A stretch of 62,761 nt of DNA, counting the filler, from Coriobacteriales bacterium (GTDB lineage Bacteria; Actinomycetota; Coriobacteriia; Coriobacteriales; UBA8131), in the NCBI GenBank assembly GCA_031263105.1. It is 5 parts of 5 records of this genome, joined end to end, with 100 filler letters (N's around TTAATTAATTAA, not from the genome) between each part and the next. Parts side by side here need not be neighbours in the genome. Positions count along the whole stretch, not along the records: positions 44,832 to 50,077 come from JAISGJ010000007.1; positions 50,178 to 62,761 come from JAISGJ010000161.1; 3 more parts are not named here. One strand, given 5' to 3'. This document shows positions 47,080-60,143 of this stretch, piece by piece. The notes below the pieces were generated by a model. The model was not told where the DNA came from. It was given only the letters and a program-made list of their open reading frames with translations, and did no database searches. Position numbers and translations under genes: made by a program. Position 1 is the first letter of the stretch; each line of letters starts with the position of its first letter.

Positions 47080-48912
47080 ATGCTTGACAAGAACGGACAT
47101 ACTGACGGCGGCAACGGCAACGGCAGCGCCGCCTGTCTCGGCCCCTACGAGCTGAGGGGGGAGCTGGGGCGCGGGGCCATGGCGCGCGTGTGGAGGGCGT
47201 GGGACCCGAAGCTGGGGCGCGAGGTGGCCATCAAGGAGCCGCTGTTCGACGAGAGGCTCTCCGGGGACGTGCTCGCCGAGATGGGCGAGCGCTTCGTGAG
47301 GGAGGGGATGGCGGCGGCGCGGCTCAACCACCCCGGAATCGTCACCATATTCGCGGCGGACGTCTACGACGGGCGCCCCGCCATCGTGATGGAGCTCGTG
47401 GACGGGGTGACGCTCGGGGACCTGCTGGAGGCGGGGCCTCTCGCGCCGAGGGCCGCGCTCGACGCGCTCGACCAGCTGCTCGACGCGGCGGGCTACGCGC
47501 ACTCGCAGGGCGTGGTGCACCGCGACATCAAGCCCGACAACGTGTTCGTGACAAGAGACGGGCGCGTGAAGCTCGGCGACTTCGGCATAGCGCACGTGGA
47601 GGACTCGTCGCTCACGAAGAGGACGCAGGTCGGGACCGTCCTCGGCACCCCCGGCTACATGGCTCCCGAGCAGGCGATGGGCGCTGCCGTCGACAACAGG
47701 ACGGATCTGTTCTCCGTCGGCACGATAGCCTACGAGATGCTGACGGGAAGGAACCCCTTCGGGGCCGATGAGGGCACCGACTCCACCACGCTGCTGTACC
47801 GCATCGTGCACGAGCCGCCGCCCGCGCTCCCCGCCTACGCGACCGAGGGGCTGCCCGCCGACGTGCGGCCCGCCGTGCTCGCGGCGCTCAACAAGAATCC
47901 CGCCGACCGACCGCAGAGCGCCGCGTCCTTCAAGGCCATGTTGCACGGCGCGCCCGCGCCCGCGCCGGGTGCCGCCGCGCAGGCCTCCCCCCTCGCGCAG
48001 GCAGCCTCCTCCGGGAACAGGAGGTGGCTGCCCTACGCGCTGGCCGCCCTTGTGGGCGTCGCGGTGCTCGGCGCGGTGTTCCTCCTCGCCACCTCCGGCG
48101 GCGGCGGCGGGGGCATGGTGGTGGGCGGAGGGGTCGTGACGGAGCAGGTCGCCGACCCGACAGTCGGGGAGGTCGAGGAACCCGAGGAACCCGAGCCGGC
48201 CCCCGAAGAACCTCCTGAAGAGGAGCCCCCCGAAGGCTTCGTCATCGACATGGGCGCCATCGATGCGGCGATCTCCGCCGTGACGAGCAGCGACCATGTC
48301 GCCGTGGGAATAATCGACCTCGAGTATGACCAGACCTTTCTCAGCGGCAACGCACAGTCGAGGTTCGAGGCGAGCGGCTTCTACCTGCCCATCGTGAACG
48401 TCGCCGCTGCCTCCGGTATCGGCACCTCCAGCGAGATCCCCAACGTGCTGCGTACCATGAGCAACAACGATGCCAACAACCTCATAGGCATGATCGGCGG
48501 GTTCTCCGAGCTCAACAGGCGCATCGCTGACGCGGGCCTCAACGGCACCTCGTACAACCGCCTGTTCGGGGACACGGGCAGCAGCGAGGAGAACCTGACC
48601 ACTGCGGCGGATGCCGTCAAGTCGTTGCAAGCGGTCTATAGGGACGGCGGCTACACGGCCATGCAGGCCGACCTGACCGCCATAGGGGTGCAGCCGCCGT
48701 CCGGGGTCTCCGTCAACGCCCACAGCGGCATCGGCATAAAGACCGCCGTCAATGTCTTCGCCGTCGTCTCAACGCCCGATGCGACCTATGCGGTCGCCGT
48801 GCTGACCACGGGGATGGGCGGCTCCTCCGAGGCGGCCAAGGCGGCGGCGGCGCCGCTCATCAGCACGCTTCTCTCCCTTATCAACAGTCAGGTGGAGTCC
48901 TATGCCAAATAA
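47080..48912 (+). CDS. Membrane Ser/Thr kinase with a degenerate beta-lactamase-like ectodomain
   Basis: Kinase domain nearly identical to the 45287 gene; C-terminal FEASGFY, SNNDANN, ENLTTA, HSG. Confidence 0.88.
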   Translation: MLDKNGHTDGGNGNGSAACLGPYELRGELGRGAMARVWRAWDPKLGREVAIKEPLFDERLSGDVLAEMGERFVREGMAAARLNHPGIVTIFAADVYDGRPAIVMELVDGVTLGDLLEAGPLAPRAALDALDQLLDAAGYAHSQGVVHRDIKPDNVFVTRDGRVKLGDFGIAHVEDSSLTKRTQVGTVLGTPGYMAPEQAMGAAVDNRTDLFSVGTIAYEMLTGRNPFGADEGTDSTTLLYRIVHEPPPALPAYATEGLPADVRPAVLAALNKNPADRPQSAASFKAMLHGAPAPAPGAAAQASPLAQAASSGNRRWLPYALAALVGVAVLGAVFLLATSGGGGGGMVVGGGVVTEQVADPTVGEVEEPEEPEPAPEEPPEEEPPEGFVIDMGAIDAAISAVTSSDHVAVGIIDLEYDQTFLSGNAQSRFEASGFYLPIVNVAAASGIGTSSEIPNVLRTMSNNDANNLIGMIGGFSELNRRIADAGLNGTSYNRLFGDTGSSEENLTTAADAVKSLQAVYRDGGYTAMQADLTAIGVQPPSGVSVNAHSGIGIKTAVNVFAVVSTPDATYAVAVLTTGMGGSSEAAKAAAAPLISTLLSLINSQVESYAK

Positions 48913-49963
48913 CGAGGGCAAAATGCCGGTGATGCCAGCACAGAGGCGCAGGGTTCCTGTTGTGGCGGTCTTGGGGCTTGCGGCAGTGGTGGGGGCCCTC
49001 GTCTGCTGGGTGCTGCTGGCGCAATGCGACCGCAAGCCCCTGCTCGACGCGCCCGATGCCTTCGATGTCCAGACGGTGCTCGACAGGGAGCCAACCGCGT
49101 ATGCGCCGACCGACCAGAACGAGGTTCTGACCGAGAACACCGGGCTCGGCGATGCTGACGATGCGTCGCAGGGCGATGCCGGGGGCGCAGGGGGCGCAGG
49201 TAGCGCGAGGGACGCAGGGGACGACCCCTTTGCCGAGAGCGACTTCACTGCCTGCGCGAACCAGACCTATTACAGCATCCTCTATTTCGACGAGGACACG
49301 CTCTACACCAGCGGCAACTCGTCAAGGACGCCGTCTGCAAGCGTGATAAAGGTCTTCATCATGGAGTACGCCTTCCATCTGATGGGCACGGGGGCATTCG
49401 CACCGGACTCTGTGATCGGGGCGAGCACTCTGAGCGCACTCGTCGAGACGATGATCCAGGACAGCAACAATGAGGCGACCAATGCCCTCATCGATGCCTT
49501 CGGCATGGATGAGATCAACGCCTTCCTGGCAGAGAGCGGCTACTCCGACACGGTCCTGCAGCGGCATATGCTCGACAACGTCGCCAGGAGCGCCGGCTTG
49601 GAGAACCTCACCTCGCTCGACGACTGCATGAGGATACTCGAGAAGCTCTATGCGAATCGGGAGACCTACCCCTACTCTGAGATGCTGGCGATCATGAAGG
49701 GCCAGAACGTCAGGACGAAGATCCCCCTGAGCCTGCCCGCCGACGTCAGCGTCGCCAACAAGACAGGGGAGCTGGACGACGTCGAGAACGACATAGGCAT
49801 CGTCTTTGCTGCGGACGAGGGCTCGGACTACGCGATAGTCGCCCTGACCTTTGAGCCCTTCAGCTCGAGCGGCGCACGGTCCGCCATCGCCCAGCTCGCA
49901 CGGTCCGCCTACGACTCGCGCTTCGCGACCTCGCCGACGCAGCAGCAAGCGGATGCGCAGTGA
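48902..49963 (+). CDS. Membrane-anchored serine hydrolase (class A beta-lactamase-like)
   Basis: SASVIK (SxxK), SNN, ENLTS, KTG, NDIG; N-terminal TM. Confidence 0.88.
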   Translation: MPNNEGKMPVMPAQRRRVPVVAVLGLAAVVGALVCWVLLAQCDRKPLLDAPDAFDVQTVLDREPTAYAPTDQNEVLTENTGLGDADDASQGDAGGAGGAGSARDAGDDPFAESDFTACANQTYYSILYFDEDTLYTSGNSSRTPSASVIKVFIMEYAFHLMGTGAFAPDSVIGASTLSALVETMIQDSNNEATNALIDAFGMDEINAFLAESGYSDTVLQRHMLDNVARSAGLENLTSLDDCMRILEKLYANRETYPYSEMLAIMKGQNVRTKIPLSLPADVSVANKTGELDDVENDIGIVFAADEGSDYAIVALTFEPFSSSGARSAIAQLARSAYDSRFATSPTQQQADAQ

Positions 49964-50077
49964 GGACTGGTTACACGTGTCGGGGGGGCCGGGGCGGCCC
50001 GGCGGGGGCGCGGCGCCGGCGGCGCCGCCCGCGCCCGCCCCCCCGCCCGCCCGGGCGGCCCCGCCGCGGCCCCCGCG

Positions 50078-50177
50078 NNNNNNNNNNNNNNNNNNNNNNN
50101 NNNNNNNNNNNNNNNNNNNNNTTAATTAATTAANNNNNNNNNNNNNNNNNNNNNNNNNNNNNNNNNNNNNNNNNNNN
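50078..50177. other. Artificial contig linker
   Basis: N-TTAATTAATTAA-N, 100 nt. Confidence 0.98.
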
Positions 50178-50223
50178 CCGTGACTGGTGTTCAGAGGTGT
50201 GCTCTACCGATCTCCATCGGAAT

Positions 50224-50409
50224 CCCACTGCCATTCCGCGCGGCGGCGCGGCCGGCGGCAGCGCCGCAGCCGAGGAATCCTTGAACGCGTGGTGTCCAAC
50301 TGCGACCAAAGGGCGTCTCGGCCTGCGGTCGGCTGCTTCGCAGTCGAGGATTCCTCGGTTCCGGGGCTTCGCCCCTGCACTCGGAATGACAGGAGGGAGT
50401 TGACAGTAC
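50224..50409. repeat. Family A palindromic element (diverged)
   Basis: CCCACTGCCATTCCG...GCCGAGGAATCCTTGA...TCGAGGATTCCTCGG...CTCGGAATGACAG. Confidence 0.7.
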
Positions 50410-50511
50410 CCCACTTACCCCCGGCATTTGCGGTGTTGGGGGATTTTTCGTCGGTCAAGTCGTCTTGTTCTGGTATCATGCTCACGTTTGGAACAAAGGT
50501 CGACCGGGAGG

Positions 50512-50802
50512 ATGTGTGGTTTGGAGCTTCTGGCGGGAGCGGCGGGCTGTCTTGCCGGGCTTCTCGGCTTCGCTCCCTTCCTTCTGTTGGGGGGGCGCAT
50601 CCGCAAGGGCTTCGTCGAGAAGGGCCGGATGGTGGCAGGGCCGGTGCTTCTCGTGCCGCTCCTCTCGTTCGTCCTGATGATAGCGGCATCGGCCCTCTGT
50701 CGGCTGGTGGCGCCCGGGTACCTGCTGGTGTTCGTCGTGCCGTGCGTCGTGGTGTTCCTGGTGGGCACGGGCGTGTATGCCATAAGGCTCGTCAAGCGTT
50801 GA
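50512..50802 (+). CDS. Small membrane protein heading the atp operon (AtpI-like)
   Basis: Three TM segments directly upstream of atpB; start ATG 50512 or TTG 50521. Confidence 0.65.
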   Translation: MCGLELLAGAAGCLAGLLGFAPFLLLGGRIRKGFVEKGRMVAGPVLLVPLLSFVLMIAASALCRLVAPGYLLVFVVPCVVVFLVGTGVYAIRLVKR

Positions 50803-50862
50803 GTGGGCAGGGCAAAGGCCGGCGCAAGGCCGGCGCAGGCCCTATCGAGGAAAGGGTAGCGT

Positions 50863-51645
50863 GTGAATCCGTTTGAGCACCTGAAGGCCGAGGTCGCCTA
50901 TCTGAAGAGCTCGTTGGTCAGCACCGAGATGTTCGGTCCCGTGACAGCGTACACGTTGTATATCGTCCTCATCGCCCTGCTGGTCCTCGCCCTCGTCTTC
51001 GCGGCGCGGTCGCAGCTTGCCCTCGTCCCCAAGAACCGCTTCGTCGGCGTCATCGAGTTCTTCGTCGACTTCGGGCAGCGCGACGTCGGCTACGGCGTGC
51101 TCGGCAACTCCGCAAAGGAGCACATCCCCTTCCTGCTCACCCTCTTCATCTTCATCCTCGTATCGAACATCGTCGGCCTGATCCCGGGGGCGAAGGCGGC
51201 CACCGGCACCATGGGCACGACGGTGACGCTGGCGGCCATCGCGTTCGTCTACTTCACCTACCACGGCATCAAGAAGCAGGGTGGCCTGCACTACCTCAAG
51301 AGCTTCGCCCCAAAGGGCCTTGCGCCCCCGCTCGCGGCGTTCATCTGGCTGCTGGAGTTCATCTCTAACATCCTGCGCCTGCTCACGCTCTCCGTCCGGC
51401 TCTTTGCCAACATGTTCGCCGGCCACCTGCTGCTCGGCGTGCTGGCCATCCTGTGCAACCTCTTCTTCGTCTCGTTCATATCCAGCCTCTCGCTCTCGGC
51501 GGTGCCCACGCTGCTGGGGAGCGTGCTGTGGCTTGCCCTGCTCACGGTGCTGTATGCCCTTGAAGCCTTCGTGGCCTGTGTGCAGGCCTACGTGTTCACC
51601 CTGCTCTCGAGCGTCTACGTCTTTTTGGCGACCTCGGAGCACTAG
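50863..51645 (+). CDS. atpB: ATP synthase Fo subunit a
   Basis: LTLSVRLFANMFAGH, LEAFVACVQAYVF. Confidence 0.96.
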   Translation: MNPFEHLKAEVAYLKSSLVSTEMFGPVTAYTLYIVLIALLVLALVFAARSQLALVPKNRFVGVIEFFVDFGQRDVGYGVLGNSAKEHIPFLLTLFIFILVSNIVGLIPGAKAATGTMGTTVTLAAIAFVYFTYHGIKKQGGLHYLKSFAPKGLAPPLAAFIWLLEFISNILRLLTLSVRLFANMFAGHLLLGVLAILCNLFFVSFISSLSLSAVPTLLGSVLWLALLTVLYALEAFVACVQAYVFTLLSSVYVFLATSEH

Positions 51646-51844
51646 GGAGACCCAGGCGTCCGGGGCCGAGGGGCCCCGAGCGTCCGCAGGCGGCGGCAAC
51701 GGTGCTGTCTGCATCGGTTCGGAGATAAGCGGAGCCTTTCCGCTTGCTTGCAGTACGTGTCCTGTCGTGAGGCGCCGCGCACGGCCTTGCGCACGAGGAC
51801 AGGAAATGTGGAGAGCTCAGGCTCCCCTCGACAAAGGAGGCATT

Positions 51845-52069
51845 GTGGACTTCGGAACTTTTGGCGGCATCGGTCTGGGCGTTATAGGCTTCGGCTTGGC
51901 GGCCATCGGCGGCGGTATCGGCGTGGGCTTGGCCGGCCTGGGCGCCACGGGCGCTGTCGCCCGTCAGCCCGAGATGTACAGCCGCATCTTCACCATCTTC
52001 ATCATGTCCGCCGCTATGTCGGAGGCGCTTGGCCTGCTCGGTCTCGTCCTCGCATTCATGGCGATGTGA
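51845..52069 (+). CDS. atpE: ATP synthase Fo subunit c
   Basis: SD AAAGGAGG, GTG start; GLAAIGGGIGVG, ARQPE, SEAL. Confidence 0.95.
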   Translation: MDFGTFGGIGLGVIGFGLAAIGGGIGVGLAGLGATGAVARQPEMYSRIFTIFIMSAAMSEALGLLGLVLAFMAM

Positions 52070-52119
52070 GCCGCTGGTCGCATACCGGCAGCCCATCGAG
52101 CAGGATAGTGAGGGTCAAC

Positions 52120-52731
52120 ATGAAGAAACTGACGGCTTCAGGCCTCGTGGCGCTGGGCATGCTGCTCCTGTTGCCCGCCTTGGCCTTTGCCTCAGAGGGC
52201 GCGGAGGAGGCGGAGGAGGCCGCTTCGGGCTTTGGGCTGCTCCTTCCCAAGCTGGGCGAGTGGATACCCATGCTCATCGCCTTCGTCATCCTGTGGGTCG
52301 TCCTGGCGAAGTTCGGATGGCCTGCCTTCATAGGGATGATCGACAAGCGCACGGCGACCATCAAGGAGTCCCTTGAGCGCGCCGAGACGGCCAAGGTCGA
52401 AAGCGAGCGGCTCCTTGAGCAGAACAGGCTTCAGCTCGAGGAATCGAAGAAGCAGGCCGCCCAGATCATCGCCGACGCGAAGGCGACCGGCGATGCGGTG
52501 CGCACGGAGATGATGACGCAGGCCCAGGAGGACGCGCGCCTGCTCGTCGAGAAGGCCTCCGCCGCCATCGAGACGGAGAAGAAGGCTGCCATCGCACAGC
52601 TCCAAAGCAGCGTGGCCGACCTCTCGGTCTCCGTTGCGGGCCGCCTGATAGGCCAGGACTTGAGCGATGCGGACCACCGCAGGCTCGTCGAGCGCTATCT
52701 GGCGGAAGCGGGGAGCCTCAATGCCAACTGA
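52120..52731 (+). CDS. atpF: ATP synthase Fo subunit b
   Basis: TM, then IDKR..IKESLE coiled coil; operon position. Confidence 0.93.
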   Translation: MKKLTASGLVALGMLLLLPALAFASEGAEEAEEAASGFGLLLPKLGEWIPMLIAFVILWVVLAKFGWPAFIGMIDKRTATIKESLERAETAKVESERLLEQNRLQLEESKKQAAQIIADAKATGDAVRTEMMTQAQEDARLLVEKASAAIETEKKAAIAQLQSSVADLSVSVAGRLIGQDLSDADHRRLVERYLAEAGSLNAN

Positions 52732-53272
52732 CCGCACCTTCGCACGCAAGGCATCGGCCGTCTACGCCGAGGTGCTGCTTGAGGCAGCCGCAGGCCGCAA
52801 CACGGCCTTCGAGGTCTCCGGCCAGCTGGAGCAGGTGCTCGCCGCCGTCAGGGGCAACGTGGACCTGCGCAACGCCCTCTGCGACCGCACGATACCCGCC
52901 CCCTCGCGCGCGGCCATCGCGCGGGAGGTGTTCGCGGGCGTGGACGCGGCCCTCGTGGAGGTGCTCGCCGTCATGGTCGAGCGCGACGACATATCCCTGC
53001 TGTCGCGCGTCAACGAGGCCTATACCGGCCTCGCCGAGCAGCATCTCGGCGCGGTCATCCTCGACGTGACGACCGTGGTGGGGCTGGACGAGGGGCTGAG
53101 GGGCCGTATCAGGGAGAAGTACTCCTCCCAGTTCGGCATGGACGTGCTCCTGCGCGAGCACATCGACCGGTCGCTCGTGGGCGGCATCGTGTTGAGCACG
53201 CACGGCAGGCGCATCGACGCGAGCGTGGTCTCGCAGCTCGAGAACGCCCGTGCCGTGCTTTCGGGTTCATGA
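52721..53272 (+). CDS. atpH: ATP synthase F1 delta
   Basis: YAEVL...DRSLVGGIV...IDASV. Confidence 0.93.
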   Translation: MPTDRTFARKASAVYAEVLLEAAAGRNTAFEVSGQLEQVLAAVRGNVDLRNALCDRTIPAPSRAAIAREVFAGVDAALVEVLAVMVERDDISLLSRVNEAYTGLAEQHLGAVILDVTTVVGLDEGLRGRIREKYSSQFGMDVLLREHIDRSLVGGIVLSTHGRRIDASVVSQLENARAVLSGS

Positions 53273-53326
53273 GGAGGGGCGCGTCCGTGCCCCTCGCACA
53301 CTACGGTAAGCGGAGGTGAAAGGTAC

Positions 53327-54892
53327 ATGGCGGAGATAACCGCTAGCTCTATCGACGCCGTCTTGCGCAGGCAGCTGGATGCCCTCAAGACCAGTGTCGA
53401 GTCGCGCGAAGTGGGGGCCGTCATCCAGATAGGAGACGGCATCGCCCGCATCGACGGCCTCAAGGGCGCCATGTCGGGCGAGCTGCTCGAGTTCCTTGGC
53501 CAGGATGGCAAGACGGTGTTCGGCCTCGCCCAGAACCTTGAGGAGGACGAGGTAGGGGCCGTGCTCCTGGGCGACGTGACCTCCATCAAGGAGAACGACC
53601 AGGTTCGCACGACGGGCCGCATCGTCGAGGTGCCCTCCGGCAAGGAGTTCCTCGGCCGCGTCGTCGACCCGCTCGGCGAGCCGATAGACGGCAAGGGCCC
53701 CATAAAGGCCGAGGGCTACCGCCCCGTCGAGTTCCGCGCCCCCGGCGTCGTCGAGCGCCAGGGCGTCAACGAGCCGGTGCAGACCGGCATCCTCGCCATC
53801 GACTCGATGATCCCCGTCGGCCGAGGCCAGCGCGAGCTCATCATCGGCGACCGCCAGACGGGCAAGACCGCCATCGCGGTCGACACGATAATCAACCAGC
53901 GGGGCAAGGACCTCATCTGCATCTACGTGGCCATCGGCCAGAAGGCGTCCACGGTGGCCACCGTCGTGGAGACCCTCGAACGTTTCGACGCGATGGGCTA
54001 CACCATCGTCGTCTCGGCGACCGCCTCCGATTCGGCGCCGCTGCAGTACATCGCGCCGATGGCGGGCGTCGCCATGGGCGAGTACTTCATGTACAACGGC
54101 GCGGACGGGAAGCCCGCCTCGGCCGAGAACCCCGGCCGCCATGTGCTCTGCATCTACGACGACCTGTCCAAACAGGCGGTCGCCTACCGTCAGATGTCGC
54201 TGACCCTGCGTCGTCCCCCCGGGCGCGAGGCCTATCCCGGCGACGTGTTCTACCTGCATTCCCGCCTGCTCGAGCGTGCGGTCAAGCTCTCGGACGCGAA
54301 CGGGGCCGGCTCGCTCACAGCCCTGCCGATCATCGAGACGCAGGCCGGCGACGTCTCCGCCTATATCCCCACCAACGTCATATCCATCACCGACGGACAG
54401 ATATTCCTGCAGTCCGACCTGTTCTTCCAGGGCCAGCGGCCCGCCGTCAACGTGGGCATCTCCGTGTCCCGCGTGGGCAGCGACGCCCAGATCAAGGCCA
54501 TGAAGCAGGTCGCCGGCTCGCTCAGGCTCGATCTGGCCGCGTACCGCGAGCTCCAGGCCTTCGCGCAGTTCGGCAGCGACCTCGACAAGGCCACGCAGGA
54601 CCAGCTCGCCCGAGGCGCCCGCATGACCGAGCTCCTCAAGCAGGGGCGCTACGTCCCCATGCCCGTCGAAGAGCAGGCCATGGCCGTCTTCTCCGGCAAC
54701 GAGGGCTTCCTGGACGACCTGCCCGTCTCCGACGTCACGCGCTTCCGCGAGGAGCTGCTCCAGTTCCTGCGCTCCACCCGTCCCGAGATAGGCGAGGCCA
54801 TCCTTGCCGAGAAGAAGCTGGGCGAGGACACCGTCGAGAAGCTCAAGGAGGCCGTCGCGGCCTTCAAGGGCCAGTTCGCGGTCGAAGGGTAG
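53327..54892 (+). CDS. atpA: ATP synthase F1 alpha
   Basis: [30 protein letters not shown]. Confidence 0.98.
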   Translation: MAEITASSIDAVLRRQLDALKTSVESREVGAVIQIGDGIARIDGLKGAMSGELLEFLGQDGKTVFGLAQNLEEDEVGAVLLGDVTSIKENDQVRTTGRIVEVPSGKEFLGRVVDPLGEPIDGKGPIKAEGYRPVEFRAPGVVERQGVNEPVQTGILAIDSMIPVGRGQRELIIGDRQTGKTAIAVDTIINQRGKDLICIYVAIGQKASTVATVVETLERFDAMGYTIVVSATASDSAPLQYIAPMAGVAMGEYFMYNGADGKPASAENPGRHVLCIYDDLSKQAVAYRQMSLTLRRPPGREAYPGDVFYLHSRLLERAVKLSDANGAGSLTALPIIETQAGDVSAYIPTNVISITDGQIFLQSDLFFQGQRPAVNVGISVSRVGSDAQIKAMKQVAGSLRLDLAAYRELQAFAQFGSDLDKATQDQLARGARMTELLKQGRYVPMPVEEQAMAVFSGNEGFLDDLPVSDVTRFREELLQFLRSTRPEIGEAILAEKKLGEDTVEKLKEAVAAFKGQFAVEG

Positions 54893-54902
54893 GTCCCCTT
54901 CG

Positions 54903-57319
<2,417 letters not shown>

Positions 57320-57320
57320 C

Positions 57321-57734
57321 ATGGCCTCCTTCCTCTGCGACATCGTGACGCCGGCGAGCCTCCTGTTCTCGGAGGAGGTGAGCTTCGTCTCCGTCCCCGC
57401 GACCGAGGGCGAGATAGGCATCCTCGCGAAGCGCTCGCCCATCATGAGCACGCTCCGGGGCGGGGAGATCCGCATCAAGCGCGAGGAGGGGGATGCGGCC
57501 CTGCGCTTCGCGGTGGCGGGCGGCTACGTCGAGTCGGACGGCAACAAGGTCGTGGTCTTGGCGAGCCGAGCGGTCGGGGTCGACACCTTGGACGCCGAGG
57601 AGGTCCGCGTCGCGAAGGAGGCAAGCGAGAAGGAGCTCGCCGCCTTTGCCGCCGACGATTCCCGTGCGGCCTTTTACCGCGACGAGCTCTCCTGGTACAC
57701 CCTGCTCCAGGCCCTGCTTGCGAAAGCGCACTGA
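57321..57734 (+). CDS. atpC: ATP synthase F1 epsilon
   Basis: IVTP...GEIGIL...GGYVE. Confidence 0.95.
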   Translation: MASFLCDIVTPASLLFSEEVSFVSVPATEGEIGILAKRSPIMSTLRGGEIRIKREEGDAALRFAVAGGYVESDGNKVVVLASRAVGVDTLDAEEVRVAKEASEKELAAFAADDSRAAFYRDELSWYTLLQALLAKAH

Positions 57735-57736
57735 CG

Positions 57737-59026
57737 GTGCCTGAAGGCCTGATCGTCGTCAACGGCGGTGCCCCGCTTGCGGGCACGGTCAGCGTCGCGG
57801 GTGCCAAGAACTCGGTGCTCAAGCTCATGGCGGCGTCCCTTCTGGCACCCGGCGTCACGACGATACGGAACGTCCCCATCATCTCGGACGTCACCCTCAT
57901 GGGCGAGGTGCTCGAGAATCTCGGCGCGAAGGTCGCGTTCGGGAACCATGAGGTCACCATCGACACGGCCCCCGTCGACTCGGTCGAGGCACCGTGGGAG
58001 CTCGTGGCCCGGATGCGTGCCTCCATCGCGGTCCTCGGCCCCCTTGTCGGCCGCTTCGGCAGGGCGCACGTCGCCATGCCGGGGGGCTGTCAGATAGGCT
58101 CGCGCAAGCTCGACATGCACATCCTCGGCCTCGAGGCGCTCGGGGTGGCCTTCGACATATCCCATGGCTTCATCGACGCCTCCATCCCCCAGGGGCTCAA
58201 GGGCGCTCCCGTCATCCTCGACTTCCCGAGCGTGGGGGCGACTGAGAACCTCATGATGGCTGCTGTGCGCGCCTGCGGCATCACCACCATCGACAACGCC
58301 GCCCGCGAGCCGGAGATCGTGGACCTTGCGGGCTACCTCGTCCAGATGGGCGCGCGCATCACGGGGGCGGGCACGCCCACCATCGAGATAGAGGGCGTAG
58401 ACGAGCTGCTTCCGGTCGCGGAGCATCGGACCATAGGCGACCGCATCGAGGCGGGCACCTTCCTGGTCGCAGGCGTGCTCGGGGGCGGCCCCCTCACCGT
58501 CGAAGGGGTCAGGCCCGCACAGCTCGAGATGGCGCTCTCGAAGCTCAAGGCGATGGGGGCGGAGCTTACGGTCGCGGCGGACCGCATCACCGTGAGCCAC
58601 GACGGGGCGCTCAGGCCGACCGACATACAGACGCTGCCGCATCCCGGGTTCCCCACCGACCTCCAGGCGCAGTTCATGGTCCTCGACGCGCTTGCGGACG
58701 GTCGCAGCGTCATCACCGAGAACGTCTTCGAGAACCGCTTCATGTTCGCCGACGAGATAGCCCGCATGGGCGCCGACATACGCATAGAGGGGCACTTCGC
58801 CTTCATCGACGGCGTGCGCCAGCTCTCGGGTGCGCCCGTGCGCTCGCCCGACCTGCGCGGCGGTGCGGCCCTGGTGCTCGCAGGCCTCGTCGCCGACGGG
58901 CAGACCGTCGTCGCGGGCATCGAGCACATCGACCGAGGCTACGAGCACTTCGAACGCAAGCTCGCCTCCTGCGGTGCCCGCATCGAGCGGGTACCGGCGG
59001 AGAAAGTCACCAAGCGCCACGTCTAA
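57737..59026 (+). CDS. murA: UDP-N-acetylglucosamine 1-carboxyvinyltransferase
   Basis: [34 protein letters not shown]. Confidence 0.97.
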   Translation: MPEGLIVVNGGAPLAGTVSVAGAKNSVLKLMAASLLAPGVTTIRNVPIISDVTLMGEVLENLGAKVAFGNHEVTIDTAPVDSVEAPWELVARMRASIAVLGPLVGRFGRAHVAMPGGCQIGSRKLDMHILGLEALGVAFDISHGFIDASIPQGLKGAPVILDFPSVGATENLMMAAVRACGITTIDNAAREPEIVDLAGYLVQMGARITGAGTPTIEIEGVDELLPVAEHRTIGDRIEAGTFLVAGVLGGGPLTVEGVRPAQLEMALSKLKAMGAELTVAADRITVSHDGALRPTDIQTLPHPGFPTDLQAQFMVLDALADGRSVITENVFENRFMFADEIARMGADIRIEGHFAFIDGVRQLSGAPVRSPDLRGGAALVLAGLVADGQTVVAGIEHIDRGYEHFERKLASCGARIERVPAEKVTKRHV

Positions 59027-59150
59027 GGTCGGCGCTCCCACCGAGGTGTTGTCGATAAAGCCCCATGCGCCGGGCACGACCGCTGCCATGTCGGCGGAAT
59101 GCGACGGTGGTGCGGGTGCGACCCGTCGCAAGGATGGTTTTGAACTCAGC

Positions 59151-59334
59151 GCTACTGTGTTCACACCCCCACTGTCATCCCGAGCCCCACTGTCATCCCG
59201 AGCCTGCCGAGGGATCTTTGGTCGCGGAGCGACCAACGGTAGGTCGGGAGGCGCCTCTGCCTGCGCTCGGCTACTTCGCAGCCGAGGATCCCTCGGCAGG
59301 CTCGGGATGACAGTGGGGGTGTGGACTCAGTAAC
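59151..59334. repeat. Family A palindromic element
   Basis: CACACCCCCACTGTCATCCCGAGCC...GGCTCGGGATGACAGTGGGGGTGTG; internal 18-bp duplication. Confidence 0.85.
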
Positions 59335-59443
59335 TTTGAAACTCAACATGAAGTACCTCAAAGAGCATAGAGTTTGACAAATAGAAATCATGTGCTAGCC
59401 TAAGCGTATCGGGAGATAGACCCCATTCTGGAGGTTCAGCAAA

Positions 59444-59809
59444 GTGGCGAAGAGCCATAATTTTGTAATGTCGCTGATACTCGGCATTGTGATCATTTTG
59501 GGATTGCTGACAGGTCTTTTCGGTGTGAGCGAAGCTCATCCCAATGATATTTATATACACGAGGTTGTTGCGGAAAACGATGGAAATGTCAGGGTCATCG
59601 GCGATATGTTATCGAGCGGAATGGCCTATAACGCCTATAGCGTAGAGCAGAACGGGAATGTGGTGCTTTTACATATCAAGTCAGCGCCCGTCACCCCCTT
59701 TAATCGGGATGGCTCATTTGACATTGTGATTGAGGATGCAGGTGCTACAGGCATTGAAGAAATTATTCTTGTTGGCAGAGGGGCCTCTAAAACAATTTAC
59801 CGGGCGTAA
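59444..59809 (+). CDS. Hypothetical low-GC exported or membrane-anchored protein
   Basis: N-terminal TM; SD GGAGG; upstream TTGACA-N16-TAGCCT (59374-59401). Confidence 0.7.
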   Translation: MAKSHNFVMSLILGIVIILGLLTGLFGVSEAHPNDIYIHEVVAENDGNVRVIGDMLSSGMAYNAYSVEQNGNVVLLHIKSAPVTPFNRDGSFDIVIEDAGATGIEEIILVGRGASKTIYRA

Positions 59810-59813
59810 ACTC

Positions 59814-60042
59814 GTTACTGTTCACACCCCCACTGTCATCCCGAGCCTCGCGAGGAATCTTTGGGTCCGAGCGCCCGGAAAACAGCCCAGTGGGCTGTTT
59901 TCAGCGAGGACGGGCCGACAGGCCCACGGAACGCGAAGCAGCCGAGCGCGGGCCGAAGCGCTTTCTGGCCGCAGTCGACCGCTTGCGCGGTCGAGGATCC
60001 CTCGGCAGGCTCGGGATGACAATAGGGGGAGTGAACAGTAAC
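59814..60042. repeat. Family A palindromic element with clear terminal IR
   Basis: GTTACTGTTCAC...GTGAACAGTAAC ends plus TGTCATCCCGAGCCT / AGGCTCGGGATGACA arms. Confidence 0.85.
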
Positions 60043-60143
60043 GTAAACTCTGGACTGCGTAAGCTCTGGACGAGAGGCAGCGTGCAGGGAACGGTGCGCT
60101 GTGCGATAATAGGACTTCGGCAGGACGGCACAAGAAACGCACC

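Noticed and set aside
48470..48482. AAC-rich stretch as a DGR template repeat
   Set aside because: It encodes SNNDANN in kinase 2 and has no similarity to the putative variable region
51845..52069. Na+-translocating ATP synthase
   Set aside because: The c subunit lacks the Q...E-S/T Na+ signature (it has SEAL), consistent with H+ coupling
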